Positions 42,236 to 53,291 of a stretch of 64,000 bases of DNA are shown here, in pieces. Source of the stretch: an uncultured Verrucomicrobiae bacterium (GTDB taxonomy: Bacteria > Verrucomicrobiota > Verrucomicrobiia > Chthoniobacterales > Terrimicrobiaceae); assembly GCA_963706955.1 (NCBI GenBank), contig CAVPOC010000007.1, forward strand, positions 1 through 64,000. Direction: 5' to 3'. Numbering within the stretch: the stretch's first letter is position 1; each line of letters begins with the position of its first letter. The notes beneath the pieces are model-generated. The model searched no databases and had not been told where the DNA came from. It was given only the letters and a program-made list of their open reading frames with translations. The translations under genes and the position numbers were made by a program.

Positions 42236-43216
42236 AGCGTGATAATTTTCTGTTCCGCCCAGGAGCGGCTGGCCGCATCCGCAAGCTCCAATGCCTTCAC
42301 ACCATCCTCAATGGTGATTGGGACAGGTCCACTCTCGTCGCACCGCGCCGAAGAATTGCGCCATCTCAGTGGCGTAGGCGGCGCTATAACGCTCGAGGAA
42401 GAACGCCTCCGGCACATCGGTGCTTACCGCTTTGCTCGTATAGGAGGCTACCTCGGTAGGTCGCACATTGCCGGCCTGAAGCATCCCCTTGCTTCCAAGG
42501 ACTTCGAAACGCTGATCGTATCCATAGACTGCGCGCCGGCTCGTGTTTATTTGGCAGAGTTTGCCGCTGCGGGTCCGGATGGAGACGACGCTGGAGTCGA
42601 TGTCTCCGGCTTCAGCGATCGCTGGATCGGTCAGACAACTGCCGGTGGCATAGACCGTCTCGGCATCCTCGCCGAGAATGAATCGAAACATGTCAAAGTC
42701 GTGGATGAGCATGTCCTTGAATATGCCCCCCGAGCCTTTGATGTAAGAAACCGGCGGTGCTCCCGGGTCGCGACTCGTGATGATGAGCATCTCCGGTTCG
42801 CCGATCTCGCCGGAGTCCAGCCGCTTTTTGAGGGCGGCAAAGGTCGGGTCGAAACGGCGGTTAAATCCGATCATACAGGTGACACCCGCCTTCGCGACAG
42901 ACTCGGCACACCTACGAGCCCGATCCAGATCGAGATCTACGGGCTTCTCGCAGAAAATCGCCTTGCCGGCCGCCGCCGACCGCATGATAAGATCCGCGTG
43001 TGTCTCGGTAATGGAAGCAATGACCACTGCCTTGACAGAGGAGTCTCCCAGGACCGTTTCGCTAACGGCAGCTTGGGCCCCGTATTGCCTGGCGAGTTCA
43101 GCAGTCGCGTCAGGCGAAATATCAACCACGTATTTAAGTGACATCCCAGGCTGCCGAGCGAGGTTGGCAGCATGAATCTTTCCGATTCGACCAGCTCCAA
43201 ATAATGCAACGTTCAT
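42236..43216 (-). CDS. iolG: myo-inositol 2-dehydrogenase; C-terminal frameshift near 42335
   Basis: MNVALFGAGRIG, CEKP, GFNRRFDP, SRDP, DMLIHDFD, YGYDQRFE. The C-terminus EDGVKALELA is in another frame; end uncertain. Confidence 0.8.
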
Positions 43217-43333
43217 AAAAGGCAAGATAGCTAACGAATGAATTGTTCGAGAGGCATTCAATCCGAATGGTAAGGGGCCAAGTTGGTAATTCGATATTCG
43301 GTTGAGCGTCTCGTGACTTAGAAATTCCAGCTC

Positions 43334-46279
43334 TTAGAGTAAGGCATCATAGAGAATTTCTGCGGGATGGTGCGCGATGCGTCCAGTGCCATCCTTGATC
43401 TGATGGCGGCAACTGGTGCCCGGCGCAGCGATGATCGTTTCGGCTGGAGCGGAGCGCACGCTAGGCAGCAGCACCAACTCTCCCACTTTCATTGACACGT
43501 CAAAATGCTCCTTTTCATATCCAAAGGATCCCGCCATCCCGCAGCAGCCGGAGGGGATAATTTGAACCTTGTAATCGACTGGCAATTCCAGAGCCTTGAC
43601 CGTCGGGGTGAGGGACGCCAACGACTTCTGGTGGCAGTGGCCGTGCAGTTTGATATGCCGGGGCTTCTGAGTGAACGCTTCGCGACGGATGCGACCTGCA
43701 TCCGCCTCGCGGGAGATGAATTCATCGATCAAGAGGGCGTTGGCCCCCAGAGCCTTGGCGGCGTCGACCAGACGCTCCGGAACAAGATCGGGAAACTCAT
43801 CCCGAAATCCGAGAATCGCCGAGGGCTCGATCCCGACAAGGGGCGTTTGTGAGCTGACGACATCTTTGAGGAGCTCAACATTGCGGGTGGCCAGCTTCGC
43901 TGCGTCCCGCAGCAGACCTTTCGAGATTTGCGCTCGCCCACTATCCACGTGCCGAGGGATGATCACCTCGTAACCCAGACGATTGAGTAACTGAACGGTC
44001 TTGATACCGACATCGGCATCGTTGAAATTAGTGAATTCGTCGCAGAAGAGAAGGACGCGTCCATTAGCAAAGGAACCGTTCTTGTTCGCATGGAGACGAT
44101 GCCAGCGACGTAAAGGCGTTTTGTTGAGCTTCGGAATCGAACGGCCGGTGGCGAAACCGGCAAACCTCTTGAAGAGCTGGGATGTCACCGCGTTGGTCAC
44201 CACAAAGTTGAATAAACCAGGCGCCAGCGAGGCCAGGGACATCGCCTTGGAAAATCCGCCGATGAGCCGCGCCCGCAGCGGAATTCCTCGAGCATCGTAG
44301 CGTTGCTGCAGCCACTCGGCCTTGAGCCGTGCGACGTCAACGTTCGACGGGCACTCCGCCTTGCACCCCTTGCAGGAGAGACAGAGATCCATCACCGGAG
44401 CGATCTCGTCGCTGTCGAAGGGATTTGCTTTCGTGGAATTCGTAAGGACTTCGCGCAAAATGTTTGCGCGTGCGCGCGTGGTGTCACGCTCGTTCCGTGT
44501 GGCCATATAGCTCGGGCACATCGTGCCGCCCATGAGATGGGACTTGCGGCAGTCGCCGGAACCGTTGCATTGCTCCGCCGCTCTCAAAATGCCACGAGCC
44601 TCTGAGAACCTCAGGATGGTCTTGAATTCACGGACCGGCTGGTTGGGCTTGTAGCGCAAGCTTGCATCCATCGGGGGCGTGTCCGTGATCTTGCCCGGAT
44701 TGAAGATCCCCGCCGAGTCCCACGTCTGCTTGATCGCACGAAAGAGCGCGTAGTTCTTTTCTCCGACCATCATCGGAAGAAACTCGCCTCGCAGGCGACC
44801 GTCGCCATGCTCACCACTCAGCGATCCCCCGAACCGCTTGGTGAGTTGCGCGATCTCCGTGCCGACGATTCGGAAGAGCTTCTGATGCTCTTGAAGCTTC
44901 AGATTCAAGATCGGGCGGAGGTGCAGTTCGCCGGAGGCGGCGTGACCGTAATGCACGGCCGAGAGACCATAACGGGCCAAAATCTCGTCGAACTCGCGCA
45001 CATAGGCTGGCATGTCCTCCGGATCGATAGCCGTATCTTCGATCACCGCGACCGGCTTGGCATCGCCAGGGATGTTGGCGAGCAACCCAAGCGCCGCCTT
45101 TCGCAGGTTCCAGACACGATTGACATCCGAACCCCAGACAACCGGATAGTGGTATCCCAGCCCAGCAGCGCGCAATTCGCTCTCGACCTGCGCCGCGACC
45201 GCGCCGACCTCCTCGCGTGTGCCGGCGGCCAATTCAACAGCGAGAATGGCGCCCGGGTCGCCCTGCACGAAAAAGCGATTCTTGCTTTGCTCGAGGTTCG
45301 TCTTAGTGCACTCGAGAATATTGTCATCCATTAGCTCGCAGGCGCGCGGCGCGTGACGCAACGCCACCAGATTTGCGCGAAGGGCCTCGTCGATGTTGGT
45401 GCAGTGAACGCAAACGAGGGCCGATTCACGCGGTGGCAATGGCTCGCAAGTCAAAGTGATCTCAGTCAAGAAAGCGAGCGTCCCCTCTGACCCTGCAAGC
45501 AAACGGCAAAAGTTGAACAGCGGACCGTCCGCGGTCAAAGGGGCGCAATCCGACAGCAGGTCGATGGCATAGCCGGTATTGCGGCGGTGAATTGATCTTT
45601 TCGGAAACTGGCGGTTGATCTCGGCGCGATTTTCGGGATCGCCGAGTAGCCGTTTTGTCTCGCGATAAATTGCGGCTTCCAGAGTATCGCCTGCGCACTT
45701 GCCTTCAAATTCATTGGAGGAAAGTGGTCCGAACTCCGCGATCGAGCCATCGCTTAAGACCGCTCGGGCCGAGGTGACATGCTCGCGTGTGCTGCCATAA
45801 ACCACCGAATTCGCGCCGCAAGCATTGTTTCCAACCATGCCTCCGATCATGCAGCGATTTTGTGTCGAAGTCTCGGGAGCGAAGAAAATCCCATGGGGGA
45901 CGAGCGCAAGATTCAGCTCGTTTCGAACCACGCCAGGTTGGACGCGCACGCGGCCACGCTTGGCATCAATCTCGATGATGGCGTTAAAATGACGTGACAC
46001 ATCGACGACAATCCCGCGACCGACGACCTGCCCGGCCAGGGAAGTTCCGGCCGTCCGTGGGATCAGCGAAGTATGATGGGTGCGGGCAAAGGAGACGAGT
46101 TTGCGGATGTCTTGCTCGTTCTTGGGAAAGGCGACCGCCTGCGGAATCTCCCGATAGACCGACGCATCCGTGGCGTAAAGTTTTCGCGACATCGCATCGA
46201 AATGGAGCGAACCGTCAAGTTCAGCGCTTAATCGCCGGAGGTCGGAAGTGTTGTCGGAACTCACATTGCTTCCTGCCAA
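43334..46279 (-). CDS. FAD-linked oxidase with Fe-S and CCG domains (YdiJ/D-lactate dehydrogenase-like)
   Basis: YATDAS, GTSLAGQ, GSEGTL, GEHGDG, CNGSGDC, CLSCKGCKAEC, CCGMAGSFG. Confidence 0.92.
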   Translation of the reverse strand: MAGSNVSSDNTSDLRRLSAELDGSLHFDAMSRKLYATDASVYREIPQAVAFPKNEQDIRKLVSFARTHHTSLIPRTAGTSLAGQVVGRGIVVDVSRHFNAIIEIDAKRGRVRVQPGVVRNELNLALVPHGIFFAPETSTQNRCMIGGMVGNNACGANSVVYGSTREHVTSARAVLSDGSIAEFGPLSSNEFEGKCAGDTLEAAIYRETKRLLGDPENRAEINRQFPKRSIHRRNTGYAIDLLSDCAPLTADGPLFNFCRLLAGSEGTLAFLTEITLTCEPLPPRESALVCVHCTNIDEALRANLVALRHAPRACELMDDNILECTKTNLEQSKNRFFVQGDPGAILAVELAAGTREEVGAVAAQVESELRAAGLGYHYPVVWGSDVNRVWNLRKAALGLLANIPGDAKPVAVIEDTAIDPEDMPAYVREFDEILARYGLSAVHYGHAASGELHLRPILNLKLQEHQKLFRIVGTEIAQLTKRFGGSLSGEHGDGRLRGEFLPMMVGEKNYALFRAIKQTWDSAGIFNPGKITDTPPMDASLRYKPNQPVREFKTILRFSEARGILRAAEQCNGSGDCRKSHLMGGTMCPSYMATRNERDTTRARANILREVLTNSTKANPFDSDEIAPVMDLCLSCKGCKAECPSNVDVARLKAEWLQQRYDARGIPLRARLIGGFSKAMSLASLAPGLFNFVVTNAVTSQLFKRFAGFATGRSIPKLNKTPLRRWHRLHANKNGSFANGRVLLFCDEFTNFNDADVGIKTVQLLNRLGYEVIIPRHVDSGRAQISKGLLRDAAKLATRNVELLKDVVSSQTPLVGIEPSAILGFRDEFPDLVPERLVDAAKALGANALLIDEFISREADAGRIRREAFTQKPRHIKLHGHCHQKSLASLTPTVKALELPVDYKVQIIPSGCCGMAGSFGYEKEHFDVSMKVGELVLLPSVRSAPAETIIAAPGTSCRHQIKDGTGRIAHHPAEILYDALL

Positions 46280-46365
46280 AGTTTCCCTAGCGGCGTAGAT
46301 CCTCGCTCATGCGGTTCTCAGAAAGCGGTGCCGGAGTTCCGCGCTCTCGTGAACAGAACGATCGC

Positions 46366-47376
46366 TCATTGGATTTCAGAAATCTTGACCGGTCGTCTTT
46401 CCTTCCAGCTCGTGGTCACCGCGATCGCCAGACGCAAAGTTTCCAGGGCGTCTTCAGGGCCCGGCGACGGTTTCTTACCCTCCTGCAGAGCCTTGAAGAA
46501 GCTTTGCAGCTGAAGTTGGTAGGCCTTTTCGAATCGATCCGGAAAGTTCTCGAAATGATCGAACGTGGATGAGAATTCGCGGGCGAAGAGCAGGGGAGTC
46601 TTTTGAGGTGCCTCGATGACGACCTTGCCAATTGCGCCCGCGACCTCCGTCCGGATATCATAGCCCCAATTCGAGTGACGGGATGTTTCCGCGACCCCTA
46701 AGACCCCGTTCTGAAAACGCAAGAGAGTCGTCGCCGTATCAACGTCGCCGGCCTGGGAAAAGCGTTCATCGATCAAGACCGCTCCCCAAGCCTGAACTTC
46801 CTCTACTTCGCCGACCAAAAAGCGCGCAAGATCAAGATCATGCACCGCCATGTCGAGGAACAAGCCACCGCTAGATTTTAGGAAGTTGAGGCTAGGCGGA
46901 TAGGTGTCGCGGCTTAGCGCGCGGAAGGTTTCCAGCTTTCCTAATTCGCCTGCGTCGATACGTGCCTTGGCCTTGGCATAGCCCGGATCAAACCTTCTCA
47001 TAAATCCGATCTGGACCAAAGCTCCTCGTTGCTGTGCCAGCCGAACCACGCGGTCGGTCTCGGCAAGGTCAAGCGCAATTGGCTTCTCGCTGAAAATCGC
47101 CTTGCCCGCGTTGACGGCCAACTCGATGAGGCGCGCATGCGTCTCGGTGGGTGTGACGATGACGACAGCATCGACGCCAGGATGCGTAATCGCCTTCTCG
47201 ATATCGGTGAGGGCGACTTCGGCATTCGAAATGCCCTTCCCGCGCTCAGCCGCATCCCTGTTCGGATCGGCAACGGCGACCACCCGCACGCCGCTTAACC
47301 CCACCAGATTTCGGAGATGAGTTTCGCCCATCCGGCCCACGCCCAGAAAGGCGACGCCGATCGTTCCTGCTGCCAT
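46366..47376 (-). CDS. Inositol 2-dehydrogenase-like Gfo/Idh/MocA protein
   Basis: GVGRMG, SEKP, GFMRRFDPG, DMAVHDLD, GYDIRTE. Confidence 0.88.
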   Translation of the reverse strand: MAAGTIGVAFLGVGRMGETHLRNLVGLSGVRVVAVADPNRDAAERGKGISNAEVALTDIEKAITHPGVDAVVIVTPTETHARLIELAVNAGKAIFSEKPIALDLAETDRVVRLAQQRGALVQIGFMRRFDPGYAKAKARIDAGELGKLETFRALSRDTYPPSLNFLKSSGGLFLDMAVHDLDLARFLVGEVEEVQAWGAVLIDERFSQAGDVDTATTLLRFQNGVLGVAETSRHSNWGYDIRTEVAGAIGKVVIEAPQKTPLLFAREFSSTFDHFENFPDRFEKAYQLQLQSFFKALQEGKKPSPGPEDALETLRLAIAVTTSWKERRPVKISEIQ

Positions 47377-47382
47377 AGGGCT

Positions 47383-48306
47383 CTATTTAATGAGTGATTT
47401 AACCCGCTCGCTTAGGCGAGGCGGAGACATCTTAAACAGATCAAGCAGATAGTCATTTGGGGCCGACTCGCCCCAGCGATCCTCGATGCCGAAGCGAACG
47501 ACTTTTCGGGGCGAAGCTTCGGACAGAATTTCAGCAACCAAACCACCCAACCCGCCGTAGATCGTGTGTTCTTCAACCGTAATGACCAACTTGGCCTTCT
47601 CGGACGCGCTGACGACTTCCTCCTTGTTTATCGGTTTGATCGAGGGCAAATGCAGCACGCCCGCCGAAATACCGTCAGCTTCGAGGAGCTTGGCGGCCTC
47701 GACGCAACGCAGACTTTGCGGTCCGGTCGAAATCAACAACACGTCGCTGCCCTCCCGCAAGGAAATCGTCTTCCCCGGCACGAAGCTATACGACTCATCG
47801 AAGAAATTTGGCGATGCGTCGCGCGCCAGGCGCAAGTAGACCGGGCCCTGGAAGTCAGTGGCCCAGCGAATGATCGCTTCCCCCTCGATAGCGTCGGCCG
47901 GCGCGAGGACGGTCATATCCGGCATCGCGCGCATGATGGCGAGATCTTGAACGTCTTGGTGCGTCTTGCCGGTCAAGCCGGTCAGAATCCCTGAATAGGC
48001 GGCGCCGATCTTAACATTCGCACGGGTCTGTGCGACCAGCATGCGGATCGGATCGATTGCCCGATGCGTGAAGAAGACCGTGAAGGTGGAAAGCCAGGGC
48101 ACAAACCCTAGCGATGCCAATCCAACGGCCACGCCGACAAAGTTCTGCTCGGCAATTCCCATTTGCAAAAACCTGTCCGGATAAGCGATCGCGAATTTAT
48201 CCGCCTTCGTGGAATTGGCCAAATCGGCGTCCAGGACGAGGACATTGGGATTTGTCCAACCGAGAGCGACCAGCGTATCTCCAAAAACATCTCGTAGGGC
48301 TTTCAT
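47383..48306 (-). CDS. Split transketolase, C-terminal (pyrimidine-binding) subunit
   Basis: DADLANST, MGIAEQN, GKTHQ, PVYLRL, TVEEH. Confidence 0.92.
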   Translation of the reverse strand: MKALRDVFGDTLVALGWTNPNVLVLDADLANSTKADKFAIAYPDRFLQMGIAEQNFVGVAVGLASLGFVPWLSTFTVFFTHRAIDPIRMLVAQTRANVKIGAAYSGILTGLTGKTHQDVQDLAIMRAMPDMTVLAPADAIEGEAIIRWATDFQGPVYLRLARDASPNFFDESYSFVPGKTISLREGSDVLLISTGPQSLRCVEAAKLLEADGISAGVLHLPSIKPINKEEVVSASEKAKLVITVEEHTIYGGLGGLVAEILSEASPRKVVRFGIEDRWGESAPNDYLLDLFKMSPPRLSERVKSLIK

Positions 48307-49181
48307 GCTATTGTCTCCTCGATGCCAAGCTCCTTGGCAATGATTCTCAGTTCATCTTTGGTGGCAACTTTCGAGTGCCATTCGTGCTTTCCTTCCGTGA
48401 AATGCACTCCCTTTCCTTTGACAGTATGCGCGATGATCATCGTCGGCTGATCGGATTCTCCGGACGCTTTCACGCTTTGTAAGGCGGGGACGACTTGCGA
48501 GAAATCATGGCCGTTAATCTCGATACATCGCCAGCCGAGTTTTTCGAAGATCCCTCGCAGATCAACTCCTCCCCACGGATCGCGACGATCACCGCGGTGC
48601 TGCTCGTTCACCGCGAGCACCCAGCCAAATTGCTGCAAGCCGTTCCAATCAAGAATCGCGGTGAGATTTCCCAGCTTATAACGCGGTGCAATGTGCAAAG
48701 CTTCCCAGACCATCCCCTCCTGAAGTTCACCGTCACCGAGGACAACAAACGTGTGGAACTTCTTACCGCGCAATCGTGCGCCCAAGGCAAAACCCAGGCC
48801 AACCGAAAGCCCCTGGCCAAGCGAACCGGTTGAAGTATCGATGCCAGGCAGCTTGGTAACATCGGGATGCCCTTGCAAACGCGAGTTTCCTTTGTCGAAA
48901 GTTTTTAACTCCTCGATGGGAAGATATCCCCGCAAAGCCATCACCGCATACTGGCCAATGGATGAGTGGCCCTTGGAAAGAATGAAGCGGTCGCGATCCT
49001 CCCATCCGGGGTCTTCCGGCTTGACGTCCATGACGCGAAAGTAGAGCGCGACCAAGAGATCCATCGCCGAGAATGGGCCTCCGACGTGGCCTGCACCGCT
49101 ACCCGCCACCGTGCTGATCGCCAGCCAGCGGCCCTTTCGAGCCAGCGCCTCAAGCTCCTTGTAATCTGAATTGTTGCTCAT
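48303..49181 (-). CDS. Split transketolase, N-terminal (TPP-binding) subunit
   Basis: GHVGG, DRFILSKGH, LQGHP, TGSLGQG, GDGELQEG, TVKGKG. Confidence 0.93.
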   Translation of the reverse strand: MSNNSDYKELEALARKGRWLAISTVAGSGAGHVGGPFSAMDLLVALYFRVMDVKPEDPGWEDRDRFILSKGHSSIGQYAVMALRGYLPIEELKTFDKGNSRLQGHPDVTKLPGIDTSTGSLGQGLSVGLGFALGARLRGKKFHTFVVLGDGELQEGMVWEALHIAPRYKLGNLTAILDWNGLQQFGWVLAVNEQHRGDRRDPWGGVDLRGIFEKLGWRCIEINGHDFSQVVPALQSVKASGESDQPTMIIAHTVKGKGVHFTEGKHEWHSKVATKDELRIIAKELGIEETIA

Positions 49182-49220
49182 ATGTCTTAGGTTAGCCTAG
49201 TTGTTCTAAGGTTCGTTGAC

Positions 49221-50390
49221 TTAGCGTTTCGTAGAGGTCCACTGGCCGGAACGCGCCGACTGGTCCATCGCCTCGATGATTTCCTGATTTCTTGCTCCGA
49301 AGGAGAAATCCGGAAAGCAACCCGCGTTTGATCCAACTCCCTGGACGAGGTCGTGGACTTCGAAGACTTTCATATCAAAATAACCAAGCCCACCGCCGGC
49401 GAAATCGAAACCAAAGAAGGCCGAATACTGTGGAACTTGCGAACCGCAATAGATTGTTTTGAAACCGCGATCGCGTTTTTCCTCGCCCATGCGGAAAACT
49501 TGCAGCTCGTTGAACCGCTCTCCGTTGTTATAGATTGTCCCCTCCGTCCCGCAGACCTCCCAGAAGACGCCGAAAACCCGTCCGGCACAGACGCGCGAAG
49601 CTTCGATGACTCCAGCGGCTCCTGATTCAAACTTAACCAGAGACTGGATCTGATCCTCATTTTCGACGACGCGTTTTTTAGCATCCGCGGTGATCTTGCT
49701 CCCGTAACCGGCATCAAAATCCGGCACCGGACGTTCCTTGAAGATGGTTTGGGTGGAAGCGGAGACCTCGGTGATGTCTCCCATAAGGAATTGGGCCACC
49801 GAGACGGTGTGCGCACCAAGATCGCCCAACGCTCCACTTCCGGCCAACTCTCTCGAGCAGCGCCATGACCAGGGCAGCAACGGATCGTTGAAAAACCCCT
49901 GATCGAACCTTCCGCGAAACCTGATCGGCTCCCCAATTTCGCCTCTGTCGATAATCTGTTTGGCGACGAGCGCCGCGGGCGTTTTCAGGTTGTTGAAGGC
50001 GACCAGGGTATGCACGCCGGCTTTCTTTGCCGCAGAAGCCATTTGCTGGGCGTCCTCGACTTTCACGGCCATCGGTTTCTCGCAATAGACATGCTTGCCC
50101 GCTTCCATGGCGACCAGCGCCGGCTCGACGTGTAAATTGTTCGGAGTGGTGATATCGATCACGTGGACGTTTGGATCTTCAATCATGCGCCTCCAATCGC
50201 CGTAGGCCTTTTCAAAGCCCAAGCGACGGCGCGATTGCTCGGCCAACGTGTCGTTCTGATCCGCAACTGCATACAAGACCGGTGTGCAAGGCAGGTTGCG
50301 ATAGAGAATGCCCGCCCTTCGATAAGCATCTGCATGCGCCTGCCCCATAAACCCGGACCCAATCAGTCCAATGTTTAGTGTCTTTGACAT
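49221..50390 (-). CDS. Gfo/Idh/MocA family oxidoreductase
   Basis: IGSGFMGQAH, TPNNLH, CEKP, GALGDLGAH. Confidence 0.9.
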   Translation of the reverse strand: MSKTLNIGLIGSGFMGQAHADAYRRAGILYRNLPCTPVLYAVADQNDTLAEQSRRRLGFEKAYGDWRRMIEDPNVHVIDITTPNNLHVEPALVAMEAGKHVYCEKPMAVKVEDAQQMASAAKKAGVHTLVAFNNLKTPAALVAKQIIDRGEIGEPIRFRGRFDQGFFNDPLLPWSWRCSRELAGSGALGDLGAHTVSVAQFLMGDITEVSASTQTIFKERPVPDFDAGYGSKITADAKKRVVENEDQIQSLVKFESGAAGVIEASRVCAGRVFGVFWEVCGTEGTIYNNGERFNELQVFRMGEEKRDRGFKTIYCGSQVPQYSAFFGFDFAGGGLGYFDMKVFEVHDLVQGVGSNAGCFPDFSFGARNQEIIEAMDQSARSGQWTSTKR

Positions 50391-50408
50391 AGATTTTTTC
50401 GCCGGCGG

Positions 50409-51323
50409 TTAAAAGATCAGGTCCTTCGCAAAACGATACGCTTTTTCCGCATAAACCTTCGGGGTCGCCTTGGCCGGGTCTTGTTCCGCTTCAACGATCA
50501 CCCAGCCACGATAGCCCGAGTTCCGGACAAACTTTCCCAATTCGGAGAAGTCCACATCACCATCGCCGGGGACAGTGAAATATCCCTCCCTGACTCCGGC
50601 GTTGAAGCTGGCATCACTTTCTAGAATTCGCTTGAGGACAGCTCGACGGACGTCTTTGAGGTGAATGTGCACGATGCGGCTGCCAAATCGCCGAATAATT
50701 TCAGCGTAGTCCGCGCCCGCCGCGGTCGCATGGCCGGTGTCGAGCAGCAAGCCAACCGAATCCTTGGTGGCGTCGCAGAAAGCTGCAATTTCGTCGGCCT
50801 TCTCCACCAGCATCATCAAGTGGTGGTGATAAGCAAAAACGAGTCCCTCTTCTTTCAGGCGCTCGGAGAAAACCTCCACCTTCCTCGCGTAGGCCGGAAG
50901 ATCGATCGATTTTAGCTCGGGACTCTGGCTCAACGGCAGGTTAAGGTCAGCGTTGCCCGGCATCTTGCCACATTCTCCATAGACGAGGATGCTCGTTCCA
51001 CATCCCTTGAGTAAGGCAATATGATCTGCGGCCGCCTTCCATTCTTCTTCCAATGACCGGTCCGCAAGGAATCCCGAATACCATCCAGCGGCCAAGACAA
51101 GGCCATATTCTGAGAGCTTCGCTCGCAACACCGCGGGATCTTTGGGAAACTTCCGCCCAAGCTCCACTCCTTTGTAGCCGATTTCCGATGCTTCGCGCAG
51201 ACATTGCTCCAGTGGAATCTCGTCACCGAGATCGTGGAGCACATCGTTGGTCCAACTCAGCGGACTGATTCCCAACCGAACGCCATCGAGAGATTTGTTC
51301 GAAGTTTCCGTCTTACTATTCAT
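50409..51323 (-). CDS. iolE: myo-inosose-2 dehydratase
   Basis: GISPLSWTND, ELGRKFP, YHHH, LLDTGH, HLKDVR, FTVPGDG, VEAEQDP. Confidence 0.88.
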   Translation of the reverse strand: MNSKTETSNKSLDGVRLGISPLSWTNDVLHDLGDEIPLEQCLREASEIGYKGVELGRKFPKDPAVLRAKLSEYGLVLAAGWYSGFLADRSLEEEWKAAADHIALLKGCGTSILVYGECGKMPGNADLNLPLSQSPELKSIDLPAYARKVEVFSERLKEEGLVFAYHHHLMMLVEKADEIAAFCDATKDSVGLLLDTGHATAAGADYAEIIRRFGSRIVHIHLKDVRRAVLKRILESDASFNAGVREGYFTVPGDGDVDFSELGKFVRNSGYRGWVIVEAEQDPAKATPKVYAEKAYRFAKDLIF

Positions 51324-51809
51324 AAAACAACTCTGTGGCGGTGCGTCTCCGTTGAGACAACTGGGGAACCGCTGGAGATTAGCCGCAGACGATGAGCTAT
51401 TCGCTCACAAGCAACGGCGTGCTTCTCTTTTGCCAGTATTTCAGGCAACGAAGCAACCCATTTTCGGGCGCCGGACTCGGTTCTGGGTCAAAATCTCCGG
51501 GATCGTGTCAATCATTCATTCGTAAGCAATCCGTAAGTCGGCCGTCAAGGAAAGAATCCCAGATATTTCTGGCGGCACCAGCTGGAGGCGCAATCTGCCG
51601 CCTCGGTTCCCCATGGATCGCCGAGCGATTTATTCTATAGTAAGTATTTATGGTTAATTCATATGCGTATATACTACCGTTCTGCGTCGCGCCGCGGGCA
51701 ATTTGAGATTGCTTTCTGCGATTTTCTCCTTGATCTTGCCTGAACGATTCGCAACTCTGCGCTTTCGCTTGAAAGCGAGCGTGCGATTTTCCCCGAGAGA
51801 CCAGCAGTT

Positions 51810-53280
51810 ATGACGACGACACTTTCTCTACAAGACTCCGATCTCTTTCGGCAGCAGGCATATATTGGCGGCCGCTGGTGCGACGCAGAGAGCGGGGCAA
51901 CCATCGAGGTGAATAATCCTGCCACAGGAGAAATCATGGGAACGGTTCCGCGGATGGGCGCAAACGAGACCTGGCGTGCCATTGAGGCCGCAAAGGACGC
52001 TTTCAGCGACTGGAGCCAAAGACCTGCCAAGGAGCGAACCAACCTGATGCGCCGCTGGTATGATTTGATCATGGCGAACGTTGACGATCTGGGTGCGCTG
52101 ATGACTGCGGAGCAGGGCAAGCCCCTGGCCGAGGCCAAGGGCGAAGTGGCTTATGCCGCTTCCTTTATTGAATGGTTCGCCGAGGAGGCCAAGCGGGTCT
52201 ACGGAGATGCGATCCCCTCGCCCTGGAAGGATCGCCGGCTTAGTGGTAATCAAACAGCCGATCGGCGTCTGTGCGGCGATGACGCCGTGGAATTTTCCGG
52301 CGGCCATGATCGCGCGGAAAGCCGGTCCGGCGCTGGCGGCTGGCTGTACAATGATCGCGAAACCGGCGAGCTCAACTCCCTATTCCGCTTTCGCGCTCGC
52401 GGTCCTGGCCGAGCGCGCCGGGATTCCCTCCGGAGTCCTGAACGTTGTCACTGGCGATTCCAAGGAGATCGGAGGGGAAATGACTTCGAATCCCGATGTC
52501 CGCAAGATCACCTTCACCGGGTCAACGGAAGTCGGCCGTTTGCTCATGAAGCAGAGCTCCTCCACAATAAAGAAGCTTTCCCTGGAGCTGGGCGGCAACG
52601 CTCCTTTCATTGTCTTCGACGACGCTGATTTGGATGCCGCAGTCGAAGGGGCGATTATCTCGAAATATCGCAACGCGGGCCAGACCTGCGTTTGCGCGAA
52701 TCGGTTATATGTCCAGGCGGGCGTGTATGATGCTTTTGCGGAGAAATTGGTCGCGGCGGTCGCGAAGCTTAAGGTGGGCAATGGCTTCGAGCCGGGAGTC
52801 CAACAGGGTCCTTTGATTGATAAAGCCGCCGTCGAAAAGGTGGAGGAACATATCGAGGATGCCGTTTCGAAAGGCGGCAACGTTCTGTTGGGCGGCAAGC
52901 GCCATGCCCTCGGCCAGACATTTTTTGAACCGACGGTGCTTGCCGGCGTCACTTCCCAAATGAAGGTGGCCAAGGAGGAAACCTTTGGCCCATTGGCTCC
53001 TCTCTTCCGGTTTGAAACCGACGAAGAAGGGCTCCAAATGGCCAATGACACGGAATTCGGCTTGGCCAGTTACTTCTTCAGTCGCGACGTCGGTCGGATT
53101 TGGCGCGCCGCCGAGGCACTGGACTCGGGCATGGTGGGAATCAATACCGGCTTGATCTCGAACGAGGTCGCGCCATTTGGTGGCGTTAAGCAGTCGGGGC
53201 TAGGCCGCGAAGGCTCCCACTACGGCATCGAAGAATTCCTCGAGATCAAATATCTCTGCTTCGGCGGCCTCGATAAGTAG
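51810..53280 (+). CDS. gabD: NAD(P)-dependent succinate-semialdehyde dehydrogenase, copy 1 (1-nt frameshift near 52240)
   Basis: N-terminus in ORF 51810-52628, remainder in 52153-53280: PWNFP, FTGST, LELGGN, GQTCVC, EETFGP. Confidence 0.88.
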
Positions 53281-53291
53281 GCGCTGTGTAA

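Noticed and set aside
42239..43141. Long antisense ORFs (e.g. 42239-43141, 52380-53051, 57112-57846, 20341-21213)
   Set aside because: Shadow frames opposite other genes or ORFs in GC-rich DNA, with no motifs of their own.
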